45,457 nt of DNA from a virus (Duplodnaviria > Heunggongvirae > Uroviricota > Caudoviricetes): positions 1 through 45,457 of IMG/VR virus record IMGVR_UViG_3300032322_002674. One strand, 5' to 3'. The notes under the pieces were generated by a model. That model saw nothing but the letters and a program-made list of their open reading frames with translations. It made no database searches and was not told where the DNA came from. Below, in pieces: positions 9,157 to 18,710 of this stretch (positions within the stretch are counted from its first letter, which is position 1; the number at the start of each line of letters is the position of its first letter). Both the position numbers and the translations under genes were made by a program.

Positions 9157-10062
9157 TTATTTTTTAATTTTGCTAATGTATTTATATGCTGAAGGTAAGT
9201 AGTTATTATTATTATAAGGATTCATAGTACAAATATAACCTTTTTCTTCATCAACAACTAAACTATCAACAGGTGGGAATTTTTTACAAAAATTAATTTT
9301 TAATACAAAACATCCTTCACTACTTTGAACAATACCTTCTGATTTGAAAAATTCTCTTATTTTTGCTTGTGCAACTGGTAAACCATAAACAGAATTAAAA
9401 AATTTAAAATAAGTTCCTTTTTTTATTTCTTTTTTTCCATATACTTTTGTATCAATTTCTTGATTACCATGAAAAAAATAACTTCTTCCTTGAATAACCC
9501 CTTTTTCATCTTTTACAACAACCAATTGAATTTTATCCAAATTATTATAATAAAATTCATACCAACTCACATCAGGTTTTTCCCAACCTGAATTTTTTAA
9601 GTTAAAATTGGCACAAGAATTAATCGCAATTGTATTTACATTATTTGTATAATTAAATGCCTCAAGTATTTCTTCTTTGTTAGAAGGAAAGTGTAATGTT
9701 AAATTATCTCCCATTTTTGCTAAAAGTTTATTGTTAAAATTAAAAAAATCCTTTTCTTTAAATCTTCCTTTGTGTTCAGATGAATTAATTATGTGTTGTA
9801 AAACTCCTTGAATGTTTGGTGTAAATATTTTATTTTTTTCAAATCCACCATTTTTTAATCTACTGTGTTGACAATAAATAAAATTACCATTTTCAAAACC
9901 TAAATAATCATAAGAATTATCCTGTTCAACAACCAAATGACCGTAATTAAAAATATCTTCTAAAGTGTTAGGTTTAAATAATTTATTTATTTCAAAACCT
10001 ATTTTAGTTTCTGACTTAGGAATTAAATTTTTAAATGATTCTTGTATTGTTAATATATACAT
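9157..10062 (-). CDS. divergent paralog of the SCM/GRALLW family
   Basis: NSCAN, IQGRSYFF, FFNSVYG, FPPVDSL align by eye with the motifs of 7272-8252. Confidence 0.55.
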   Translation of the reverse strand: MYILTIQESFKNLIPKSETKIGFEINKLFKPNTLEDIFNYGHLVVEQDNSYDYLGFENGNFIYCQHSRLKNGGFEKNKIFTPNIQGVLQHIINSSEHKGRFKEKDFFNFNNKLLAKMGDNLTLHFPSNKEEILEAFNYTNNVNTIAINSCANFNLKNSGWEKPDVSWYEFYYNNLDKIQLVVVKDEKGVIQGRSYFFHGNQEIDTKVYGKKEIKKGTYFKFFNSVYGLPVAQAKIREFFKSEGIVQSSEGCFVLKINFCKKFPPVDSLVVDEEKGYICTMNPYNNNNYLPSAYKYISKIKK

Positions 10063-10565
10063 GTAAATATTTTTTTAAAAATTAAATTAAAATCTAAAGA
10101 GTGGGTTTCGTTTTTTAACCATTCAAAGTTATATTTATAACCCATATTATTCAACCACTCAAATGTTTTGTCATAATTAACAACAGTATCATCAGTTGAT
10201 ATAAACAAAGTAACATCAGTTTTTTCTTTTAATTCTTTAGTTAATTCCTTATTTACCTTAAAAAAATCTTTATAAAACCATTTATAGGAAAGGGTTATTT
10301 CAGATATTGCAGGATTAAAAAGAATTGTTTTTTTACCCAATAATGTACCAACATGAAATGCCCAAAACCCACCCATTGAATTACCAATTATATAATCATA
10401 ATCTTTTGCGATTTCCATTATATATTTAATAAATTTAGGGTTATTTCTATTTAACTCATAATCCATTGATGGGTTAAAGAAATCAACTTTATAATTTTTT
10501 AAAATTTCCCTAACTTCTTCTTCGTGTGTTCCACCTAAACCGTGAAACCAAAATACTTTTTTCAT
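10050..10565 (-). CDS. YqiA/UPF0227-like alpha/beta-hydrolase (esterase)
   Basis: FHGLGG oxyanion motif, GNSMGG nucleophile elbow, FNPA, DDTVV, C-terminal His (ETHSL). Confidence 0.85.
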   Translation of the reverse strand: MKKVFWFHGLGGTHEEEVREILKNYKVDFFNPSMDYELNRNNPKFIKYIMEIAKDYDYIIGNSMGGFWAFHVGTLLGKKTILFNPAISEITLSYKWFYKDFFKVNKELTKELKEKTDVTLFISTDDTVVNYDKTFEWLNNMGYKYNFEWLKNETHSLDFNLIFKKIFTCIY

Positions 10566-10756
10566 TCTAATTCAATTTTTATTATGTTATTTAAATCAAC
10601 TAATTCATTTGTTTTTAATTCTGTTACATTTAATACAACACCCCTAATAATTTCACCATTTTTTAATGTAACAAGAACTTTTTGGAAACCCATTCCTGTT
10701 TCTGGTAATTCAAGAAGAACATTTTTCCAATGATTATTTAATGTTATTTTAAACAT
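10562..10756 (-). CDS. small hypothetical protein
   Basis: 64-aa ORF, ATGA overlap with the esterase gene. Confidence 0.65.
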   Translation of the reverse strand: MFKITLNNHWKNVLLELPETGMGFQKVLVTLKNGEIIRGVVLNVTELKTNELVDLNNIIKIELE

Positions 10757-10837
10757 ATTTTTTTATAAAAGAATTTAAGATTGTTCCAAAAACCATAAAT
10801 TAAATCTAAACAAAAAAAAATTAAAAAGTCAAATTCA

Positions 10838-10845
10838 ATATTTAT
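10838..10845 (+). promoter_or_regulatory. putative phage late-promoter motif ATATTTAT
   Basis: Same octamer lies 5-21 nt upstream of starts at 10859, 13929, 17253, 19698, 32551, 43883 (+) and 38746, 39936, 43818 (-). Confidence 0.55.
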
Positions 10846-10858
10846 AATTAAAAAACTA

Positions 10859-12646
10859 ATGTCATTTATAGATAATAAAACCAAGATTTTCACCCAAATT
10901 GAAACAAATAGAGCAATATCCCAAATTATTGCAAATAAAGAAAAAACAATTAAAGGTATTTCCAAAATTATACAACAATTTTCTTCAATAAAAGATATTG
11001 GTGAGGATATAATACCCTTTCTTTTGGATATGTTGAAATCTTTAGATGGTTATCAAAAAATAGAAGAAGTGTTTGATAAGATTTTATTGGAATTAACAAA
11101 CATTGAAAATAAGGTTAAAGAAATTATATTTTTTGAATTAAAAGAAAATTTTTTATGTAATTGGACTGGAAATGGTTTACCACTTTTTATGACACAAGGG
11201 TGGAGAATTAAAATAACATCACTTGATTTGACAGAATTACTTAAAATTAATCCAAATACACAATTAGGTAATTTTTACTATGACAATAATTTTAATAAAT
11301 TTCTTTATGATAATGTATTGCAAATTCCAGGAACAACATCTACATGGGGTGATTTTTTAGAAATTACTTATTTGCAAAATAGTGAAGAATTTGAATTTAA
11401 AGTAAAAAATGTTTCTACTGTTAATGAATTTTATACAAAATTTATAAATTCAATTAATATTTTTCCAAAAGAAAATATATATTCTAAATTTATGGATGAA
11501 ATATTTGGTAATATAAAAAATGAACTATCTTTATCTTCAAATAAAATTAATTATGATGAACAAGTTAATACAATTATTGATAAATTATTGAATTCTGGTG
11601 AATTAATTGAAATTGATAATTCTTTTTTTGAATTTACCGAAGAAGAAACTTTACTTAACAATACTAAAACTAATCAACTTTTATCTGGTTTTGCAAATCA
11701 AGTATTTTGTGATATTAATGAATTAAATTTACCAACATCATCTATTACACAATCTTTTTTATTAATTAAAAATTCACCAAAATACAATGAAATTAAAAAT
11801 CAAATAATACTTAATATAAATGAAGTGGTTACAGAAAATGATAATATTTCACAAATTAATAAACAAACATCAAAAAATTGGTTTATTGTTGAATTTATAA
11901 AAGGTTTACCAAAATTATTAATATCATTTTTAATAACACCAAAAATAAATTTTTTATTTATAACAGGAGCAAAGATAACAAATACATATCAAGACTACAA
12001 TTTAATTGACTTTATAAAAAGTAATAAAAAAGTATTTTATAGTCTAACTAAATCTATACTTAAAACCATAATTAATATATTATATCCAATTATACTAAAA
12101 CTCATAAGAAAATTAGTAAGTAGAATTATTGCAGAAAAAACAAAGGAAAAGGTAAGAAATCAAAAATTGGTTTATAGTTCATTAGTTGGATTAAATAATA
12201 TAAATAATATTATAAATAATATTACTGATAACATACCTGAATTACCAGATAATGAAGTTTCTGCTATAATATTACTGATAAGAACTTTATTAAATAAGTT
12301 AGAAGTACCAGATACCCCAGCACCACAAATACCTTCACCATTAATACTTGCATCTGCAAGAAAACCTGGTTTATCTGCAACAAAAATTACATCAAGAATT
12401 ATTGAACGTCAAAATGAAGCAGGAATACCAAGTGGTGCATTACCTGATGGTACAATTTCACCTGATGAAGTGATGGAAACTATTAGAGTAGAAGAAATTA
12501 TTAAGGGAATACTTGAGGATATGAAAATAACAGTTGTTATACAACCTGGTGTTCAGGTTACTGCAACAGGAACTTCACCATTAGGACCAGTACAAGTGGT
12601 TGGTACAACCATTTCTTTGGGTGAGGGTTATGCAATTACTCAATGA
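10859..12646 (+). CDS. putative virion structural protein
   Basis: 595-aa ORF preceded by the ATATTTAT motif; Pro/Gly/Thr-rich beta-like C-terminus; near the baseplate gene. Confidence 0.5.
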   Translation: MSFIDNKTKIFTQIETNRAISQIIANKEKTIKGISKIIQQFSSIKDIGEDIIPFLLDMLKSLDGYQKIEEVFDKILLELTNIENKVKEIIFFELKENFLCNWTGNGLPLFMTQGWRIKITSLDLTELLKINPNTQLGNFYYDNNFNKFLYDNVLQIPGTTSTWGDFLEITYLQNSEEFEFKVKNVSTVNEFYTKFINSINIFPKENIYSKFMDEIFGNIKNELSLSSNKINYDEQVNTIIDKLLNSGELIEIDNSFFEFTEEETLLNNTKTNQLLSGFANQVFCDINELNLPTSSITQSFLLIKNSPKYNEIKNQIILNINEVVTENDNISQINKQTSKNWFIVEFIKGLPKLLISFLITPKINFLFITGAKITNTYQDYNLIDFIKSNKKVFYSLTKSILKTIINILYPIILKLIRKLVSRIIAEKTKEKVRNQKLVYSSLVGLNNINNIINNITDNIPELPDNEVSAIILLIRTLLNKLEVPDTPAPQIPSPLILASARKPGLSATKITSRIIERQNEAGIPSGALPDGTISPDEVMETIRVEEIIKGILEDMKITVVIQPGVQVTATGTSPLGPVQVVGTTISLGEGYAITQ

Positions 12647-12648
12647 TA

Positions 12649-13875
12649 TTAAAAACAAACATTAAAAAATTCTTCTAATTCTTGTTTTGTTTTTATATTA
12701 ATTATTTTACCCTTATTTTTATTAAAAAATTCCATCCATGTTGATACCACTTTATTTACTTTCCAAGAATCAAAATAACTGATTACTATATCTTTAAATT
12801 CTTTTAAATCTATTACTTCACCGTTTTCAGTAGAATTATTAAACCAATTAAATAATCTATTTTTAAAACGTTCACAACCCTTATAACCTGAATCCTGCCA
12901 TTTACCACCTTCAAAATAATGATTAATAAACATCAAATACATTCTAAGAAGTTGTGGTTCATATTTATTTAAATCTACAACATTATTAAGTCTTTTACTC
13001 ATTTTATTACCATCTTCACCAAGAATCATACCTTGATGTACTACCTTCTTAAAAGGTTCATCAAAGTCAATATAACCAATATCATATAAAAATTTAGTTA
13101 TAAATCTTGAGTAAATAAGATGAGCACAAGCATGTTCATTTCCACCTACATATATATCAACTGGTTTAGTTTTATCATACATTATTGTATAAAAAGAAGA
13201 ATCAACAAATGTATCTAAAGTATCACTTTCACCTTCCATTGGTATTGGGCAACCCCAACTTCTTTGCCTTGATACACACCAATCTCTAAAATTATCTTCT
13301 CTTAACCAATAAAGTTGTTGTTTTTTAGTCTTTTCAGGGTAGTCAACTTTTTCTAAATCTTTAATAAGTCTTTCTCTATAATCTGTAATTTTAAAATACC
13401 ATTGTTCCATTTCTTTTTGTTCTATTATTGCACCACTTCTTTCACCCCTTCCTTCTATAATTTGTTCATTTGCAAGAACTGTTTTATCAATTGGGTCCCA
13501 ATTAACTAAACCCATTTTTTTATAAGCAAGTCCATGTTTATAAAGTTCTTTAAATAACCATTGTGTTTTTTCAATATAATAAGATTCAGATGTAATTAAT
13601 TTCTCTTCAAAAGAAGTATTCATTCTAACCATTTCCTTGCGGAAATTTTCTATATTCTCATAAGTTACTTCTTTAGGATTTCTACCAATTTTTTTTGCAT
13701 AATTTTCTGCTGGAAGTCCAAAAGAATCAAATCCAAATGGTTGAAAAACATTATATCCTTTAAATCTTTGTATTTTACAATAAGAATCTACAATTGAGTA
13801 GTTATACCAATGTCCACAATGTAATCCACTACCTGATGGATAAGGGAACATAACTGTAATAAATAAATTTTTCAT
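12649..13875 (-). CDS. leuS: minimal leucyl-tRNA synthetase (class Ia), ~408 aa, lacking the CP1 editing domain
   Basis: MFPYPSG-LHCGH (HIGH), GFDSFGLPAENYA, TVLANEQI, QWYFKITDY, RDWCVSRQRSWG, DTLDTFVDSS, YVGGNEHA, KMSKR. Start reassigned to ATG 13875, 4 nt after a TATATTTG box. Confidence 0.9.
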   Translation of the reverse strand: MKNLFITVMFPYPSGSGLHCGHWYNYSIVDSYCKIQRFKGYNVFQPFGFDSFGLPAENYAKKIGRNPKEVTYENIENFRKEMVRMNTSFEEKLITSESYYIEKTQWLFKELYKHGLAYKKMGLVNWDPIDKTVLANEQIIEGRGERSGAIIEQKEMEQWYFKITDYRERLIKDLEKVDYPEKTKKQQLYWLREDNFRDWCVSRQRSWGCPIPMEGESDTLDTFVDSSFYTIMYDKTKPVDIYVGGNEHACAHLIYSRFITKFLYDIGYIDFDEPFKKVVHQGMILGEDGNKMSKRLNNVVDLNKYEPQLLRMYLMFINHYFEGGKWQDSGYKGCERFKNRLFNWFNNSTENGEVIDLKEFKDIVISYFDSWKVNKVVSTWMEFFNKNKGKIINIKTKQELEEFFNVCF

Positions 13876-13879
13876 AATA

Positions 13880-13887
13880 CAAATATA
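13880..13887 (-). promoter_or_regulatory. Bacteroidota-type -7 box (TATATTTG) for leuS
   Basis: Exact TAnnTTTG 4 nt from the ATG; TTG about 20 nt upstream; back-to-back with an ATATTTAT motif on the + strand (13916-13923). Confidence 0.65.
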
Positions 13888-13928
13888 ATAAAAAAACAAT
13901 AAAAAGTCAATGCAAATATTTATTTTAT

Positions 13929-14132
13929 ATGGATATTTTATTAACAAATAAGGAATTGGTTGAAAAAATGGGTAAACTTTTTAAAGAACATGAGGATTTA
14001 AAAGTTAAAATTTATAATGATATGATTTTGTTGGAAGAAAAAGAAAAAGAATATATTGAATTATATGAAGAATTAAATAAAAGAACTGGTTTTAAATCAG
14101 AAACAAAGGTGGAGGAAAAAATAAATGAGTAA
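13929..14132 (+). CDS. small coiled-coil hypothetical protein
   Basis: 67-aa ORF after the ATATTTAT motif; overlaps the next gene start. Confidence 0.65.
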   Translation: MDILLTNKELVEKMGKLFKEHEDLKVKIYNDMILLEEKEKEYIELYEELNKRTGFKSETKVEEKINE

Positions 14133-14988
14133 TTTTTCTTTTAATAATATTAATTCAAAAATAAAAGAAAATAAAACTTTTATTTATTATGCAGAAGTGG
14201 TTGATAATAATGACCCTACTGAATCTTTTAGAATAAAGTGTAGAATACCTGATATAGATAAAATTACAACACCTTTATCAGAATTACCATTTGCAACACC
14301 ACTACTACCAAGACATCTCAATATTTTACCTAAAGTTGGGGAAACTGTAAAAGTTTTCTTAAATAGTGAAGATACAAGAAATAGGGAATGGATAGGACCA
14401 GTTATAACACAATTACAAAATGTAGATTATCAAAGTTATTTTGTAAATGCATTTAATGGTAAAACTTTTGAAAATGTATCATCAAATACGCCAATTTCAC
14501 AAATACCTGAAATGAATGATGTTTATCCAAATAAAAATACAATTGCATTAATTGGTAGGGGTTCAACAGATATACAATTACAAAATGACGCGATTTTAAT
14601 AAGAGCAGGGAAATATGATAATAATATTATTATTGATGAATTTGATAAATTAATCGCATTAAATAGAAAAAATCCTGCTCAAATTGAGTTAAAGTGGGAT
14701 GGTGAAACTTCTAATACAAATATTATTTCTGATACAATAAATTTAATATCCCACGAAGGAAACCCAAAAGTTAGTTTTAATGGGGTAGATTTGGATATTA
14801 ATAAACTTCACCCACTTCCTTATGGTGATGTTTTATTGGAATTTTTGGAATTAATTAAACAATTTGCACTTACACACATTCATTCAGGTTCCAGATTGGA
14901 GTCAAATATAGGTTCAGGTCAACTAGAAAAAATTAAAAATTTTGATTTAAGTAGGATTTTAGGTAATCAAAAAATTAGAATAAATTAA
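14125..14988 (+). CDS. baseplate hub/spike protein, gp5/VgrG N-terminal OB-fold type
   Basis: YAEVVDNNDP..RIKCRIP..LPKVGETVKVFL..WIG is the gp5-N pattern; HxH (THIH) near the C-terminus as in spike tips. Confidence 0.75.
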   Translation: MSNFSFNNINSKIKENKTFIYYAEVVDNNDPTESFRIKCRIPDIDKITTPLSELPFATPLLPRHLNILPKVGETVKVFLNSEDTRNREWIGPVITQLQNVDYQSYFVNAFNGKTFENVSSNTPISQIPEMNDVYPNKNTIALIGRGSTDIQLQNDAILIRAGKYDNNIIIDEFDKLIALNRKNPAQIELKWDGETSNTNIISDTINLISHEGNPKVSFNGVDLDINKLHPLPYGDVLLEFLELIKQFALTHIHSGSRLESNIGSGQLEKIKNFDLSRILGNQKIRIN

Positions 14989-15286
14989 GTAATAATTCAG
15001 TTTCTTCATCCATTATTAACTCAATTTCATCATTTTCTTTAACCTCATTATAAATATTTTTTATAGTTTTATTAAAAAAAATATTACAAAGATTTTTACT
15101 AAGGTTTGGTGATGTTTTAAACATCTTACCATTATCTTTATCGTTTTTTAAACTAATTTTTTTATTTTTATAATCAATTTCTATTTTTTTAATAGAAAAA
15201 TTAATATTATGGAATAAGGCAATATCTTTTAAAGTATCACCTTTATGAATTCTTTGAATCAATTCTAATTTTTCTTGGAAATTCAT
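14975..15286 (-). CDS. hypothetical protein
   Basis: 103-aa ORF, ATGA overlap with the upstream gene. Confidence 0.6.
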   Translation of the reverse strand: MNFQEKLELIQRIHKGDTLKDIALFHNINFSIKKIEIDYKNKKISLKNDKDNGKMFKTSPNLSKNLCNIFFNKTIKNIYNEVKENDEIELIMDEETELLLNLF

Positions 15287-16173
15287 TTTTTAATGTATTT
15301 TTGGATAACAAAATTAGTAATAAAATCAGTTAATTCTTTTTCACTTTTTGAATTAAAAATAGTGTAACCATCCTCTACAACATCAATTGACCAATCTTTA
15401 ACAATATCAATTTCCTTTTCATTATCCAAATATTTTATTTTTTTTACAATTGTTTCAATATTTGCAATAGGACTTAAAGTTAAAACCTCTTTCTTTTCAA
15501 AAGTAACTGGAATATTTTTTAAAAATAACTTAGAACCATCACTATAATTATAGTGTAAAAAAATATTGTATTTAATATCATCTATATTTGAATGATATTT
15601 TAAACTTTCAATTAATTTAGTTAAGGATTTTGATTTTCCAATTTTTAAGAAATTTAATCTATTAACAGAAATTTCAATATTATTAACATCACTAAGATTT
15701 GCAAAAAATCTAACTTTTCCTTTTAATTTTACTCCAGGAATATGTTCAATATAAAAAGTAACAGAAGAATAATCACTTGCACCTTTTCTTATGTAAACCC
15801 TATCAATTTTAAGAATTGAATCTTTTGGTATTGTTACCTCAAAATCACCTATTATTTCTTTATTTTCATTAGAAAATATATTAAAATAAAAATGTTTTTT
15901 TAATTCTTTTGGTAAACTGTCTTTTTCAGAATTTTTAATCAAAAAACTTTCATCATAATCTTCATTAATTTTTCTTTTTGTACCCCTTCTATTATAACCT
16001 TGACCTTCATAATAATATGTAGTATTATTTACCCTTCCGACCATATTATTAATAAATTCTTTTGGTAGAAAAAATTCAAATAATTTAGAATTTCTACTTT
16101 CTTTGACTGGAAGAAAAGACCAATCTTCCTCTAATTTGATTGAATCTCCGATTTCAGGGATATATAGTTTCAT
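15283..16173 (-). CDS. hypothetical phage protein
   Basis: 296-aa ORF (MKLYIPEIGD..LKIDRVYIRKG..SSVTF). Confidence 0.7.
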   Translation of the reverse strand: MKLYIPEIGDSIKLEEDWSFLPVKESRNSKLFEFFLPKEFINNMVGRVNNTTYYYEGQGYNRRGTKRKINEDYDESFLIKNSEKDSLPKELKKHFYFNIFSNENKEIIGDFEVTIPKDSILKIDRVYIRKGASDYSSVTFYIEHIPGVKLKGKVRFFANLSDVNNIEISVNRLNFLKIGKSKSLTKLIESLKYHSNIDDIKYNIFLHYNYSDGSKLFLKNIPVTFEKKEVLTLSPIANIETIVKKIKYLDNEKEIDIVKDWSIDVVEDGYTIFNSKSEKELTDFITNFVIQKYIKK

Positions 16174-16176
16174 GTT

Positions 16177-16677
16177 TTATAAATTTTCTTCTTTAAATTG
16201 AAAGTTTGGTGACATAAATTCAGGATGAATTCCTTCATCAAAAATATATGCATAAAAATGATTTTTTAATAAATTTAATATTCTGTTTCTTTCTTTAAAT
16301 AACATTCCCTGACCATAAGTAATGTGCAAACAATTTTTTAAATTAGGTTTTAATTCTTCTAATTTTTTTAAGTCAACAAAAAATTCTTCATATTTTTTAT
16401 TTTCTTTAATCATTTCTTGAAGATATTTTAAATCCTTTTCAAAATTCAAAATATAACATTCTTGATTAAAGAAAATATCACAAATTTTAACATCTTTAAT
16501 TAATCTACCTTTTAGAATGGTAAAAGTATCTAAAAAATCAGTAGTTATTGATAACTGTTCAAATTCCGAGTAATTATCAACATTAAAATTTAATTGATAA
16601 TTAATCAAATTACTAATAAATTCAATATTAAAATTTTCTTTATTTTTTGTTGGTACTATAAAACTTAAATTACCCAT
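16177..16677 (-). CDS. hypothetical protein
   Basis: 166-aa operonic ORF. Confidence 0.65.
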   Translation of the reverse strand: MGNLSFIVPTKNKENFNIEFISNLINYQLNFNVDNYSEFEQLSITTDFLDTFTILKGRLIKDVKICDIFFNQECYILNFEKDLKYLQEMIKENKKYEEFFVDLKKLEELKPNLKNCLHITYGQGMLFKERNRILNLLKNHFYAYIFDEGIHPEFMSPNFQFKEENL

Positions 16678-16680
16678 ATT

Positions 16681-17184
16681 TTAATCATTTTCACCCATAA
16701 TTAAAATTTTCTTTGGACAATTATCAATTACTGCTAAAGTACCATGTCCTTCAAAAGAACAACCATGTAAATCGTCATATTCAATGCGATTTGGTTTTTT
16801 TGATAAAATCACACTACATTCTAAACCATAACCATCTGCAATAACCCATTCAGGATGTTTACATTTAAAATCAAAAATTTTATTTTCGTTTCCAATTTCT
16901 AAAAATTCTATATCAGAAATATCCCAAACACCATAATCTAAACAACGTTCATCAAGTCCTTCTAAACTATCATATAAATTTTTTAAATCTAAAGAAATTT
17001 CACCACCCTTTACTAAATTGTGAAATTTATCAAATGATTCTTTATCAGAAGAAATAACTTCAATCAAACGATTATTATCAAAATCATAATTATATTTTTT
17101 ACACCATTTTTCTTTTTCTTCTATTTTAGAAATAATTTCAGATGACAAAATGTTTTTTTCTAAGATTTCTTGTTTTAATTTCAT
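16681..17184 (-). CDS. hypothetical protein
   Basis: Start reassigned to ATG 17184 (MKLKQEIL), downstream of a TACTTTTG box at 17199-17206. Confidence 0.65.
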   Translation of the reverse strand: MKLKQEILEKNILSSEIISKIEEKEKWCKKYNYDFDNNRLIEVISSDKESFDKFHNLVKGGEISLDLKNLYDSLEGLDERCLDYGVWDISDIEFLEIGNENKIFDFKCKHPEWVIADGYGLECSVILSKKPNRIEYDDLHGCSFEGHGTLAVIDNCPKKILIMGEND

Positions 17185-17252
17185 AATTGTTTTTTTTCCA
17201 AAAGTAGTCAAAAATCCCAAATAAAACAAATGCAATATTTATTAAATAAAAA

Positions 17253-18710
17253 ATGGGATTTTACAGAACATATTTTACAAAGAATAATACAATACTTAGA
17301 AATCGTTTGGTTAATACTGCAAAAAACCAAGTAACAGAATTATATTACGGTAAAGATGTTCCTATATTTTCAGGTAATACAAGTGGTTTTAGTGGAACAA
17401 CAGATTTTTCCAGATTCTTATTTCAGTTTGATGTAACTGAATTAAGGGAAAAATATATGGATAAAACCATCATATCTTCCACCACAATCACTCATAAACT
17501 AAAAATGACTAATACATCATCTTTTGATAGAAGTCTCTTAGGAAAACCGTTTAAAGACTATTTTAGAGCAACATCATTTGATTTAATTCTTTTTAGAATA
17601 CCAGAATCTTGGGATGAAGGTGTTGGATATGATTATAATAATAGAAATTCAATTAATTTCCAAACAAATGAAACTTTTTTATTGGGTCCATCAAATTTCA
17701 TAGAAAGGGGAACAAACCAAAATTGGACATTAACTGGTGCAGTTGGTGGTAATCCAACAATATTAAGGGAACAACATTTTGATAATGGTGATGAAAATCT
17801 TGAAATGGATATTACAGATATTGTAAATGATTTAATTACTGGAACAACCGAAAATTATGGTTTTGGTATTGCATTTAGAAGTGATTATGAAAGATTAGTT
17901 ACTGATGAAAAATATTATGTTGGATTTTTCACAAAATATACACAAACACTTTTTGAACCACATATAGAAACAGTTTGGGATGATACTGTACTTGATGATA
18001 GAAACAAATTTTATCAAAACAAATTAAATCGTCTTTATCTTTATGCAAATATTGGTGGAAATTATGAAAATATTGAAATAGGTCAGGTTAAAATATATGA
18101 TAATGAAGGTAATGTTTTTAGAACATTTTCATCCCAACAAATAAAACAATCAACCAAAGGTGTTTATTATGTTGAATTTAGTGTTTTAGATACTGATTCA
18201 GAATGTCAGGTTAATTTTATTGATGTATGGAAAGATATATACTATAATGGTGTAAAACAACCTGATGTGCAAATGTATTTTACAATACAACCAAATACAA
18301 AATTCTTTTATATAAATAATAATGATAAATTACCAACCAATTATTCAATATCATTAAATGGTATTAAAAAAGATGAAACAATTTTAAGGGGTGATATTAG
18401 AAGAATTACAGTTTTTGCAAAAAAAGATTTTGAAAAAAATAATGAAGTTATTGATGGATTAAAATGGAGAATATATTTAAAACAAGGTACAGAAGAAATA
18501 CCTATAACAAATTGGTTAGATGTTAATAGGGGTTATACTTATAATTGGTTTGAATTAGATACCAGTTTTTTATTACCAACGATTTATTATTTGGATATTA
18601 AATTAGAAACAGGAAATTATGTTAAAACCTATAATGAAACTTTAAAATTCTTTGTTGTTGGTGTTGATGATAAATTTAATTTATTAACTGCAAGGGATTA
18701 TCTTGGTTAA
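17253..18710 (+). CDS. putative virion structural protein (beta-rich, Ig/jelly-roll-like)
   Basis: 485-aa ORF after the ATATTTAT motif; SRFLFQFD, ESWDEGVG, MDITDIVN, NYGFGIAF pattern typical of phage tail/baseplate-associated proteins. Confidence 0.55.
   Translation: MGFYRTYFTKNNTILRNRLVNTAKNQVTELYYGKDVPIFSGNTSGFSGTTDFSRFLFQFDVTELREKYMDKTIISSTTITHKLKMTNTSSFDRSLLGKPFKDYFRATSFDLILFRIPESWDEGVGYDYNNRNSINFQTNETFLLGPSNFIERGTNQNWTLTGAVGGNPTILREQHFDNGDENLEMDITDIVNDLITGTTENYGFGIAFRSDYERLVTDEKYYVGFFTKYTQTLFEPHIETVWDDTVLDDRNKFYQNKLNRLYLYANIGGNYENIEIGQVKIYDNEGNVFRTFSSQQIKQSTKGVYYVEFSVLDTDSECQVNFIDVWKDIYYNGVKQPDVQMYFTIQPNTKFFYINNNDKLPTNYSISLNGIKKDETILRGDIRRITVFAKKDFEKNNEVIDGLKWRIYLKQGTEEIPITNWLDVNRGYTYNWFELDTSFLLPTIYYLDIKLETGNYVKTYNETLKFFVVGVDDKFNLLTARDYLG

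Noticed and set aside
10542-10965. ORFs 10542-10733 (+) and 10744-10965 (-)
   Set aside because: Shadows of better-supported genes on the opposite strands.
14125-14988. Bacterial T6SS/eCIS locus
   Set aside because: No other secretion-system genes; the context (RuvC-like, SNF2, methylases, sigma-like, tape measure) fits a phage.
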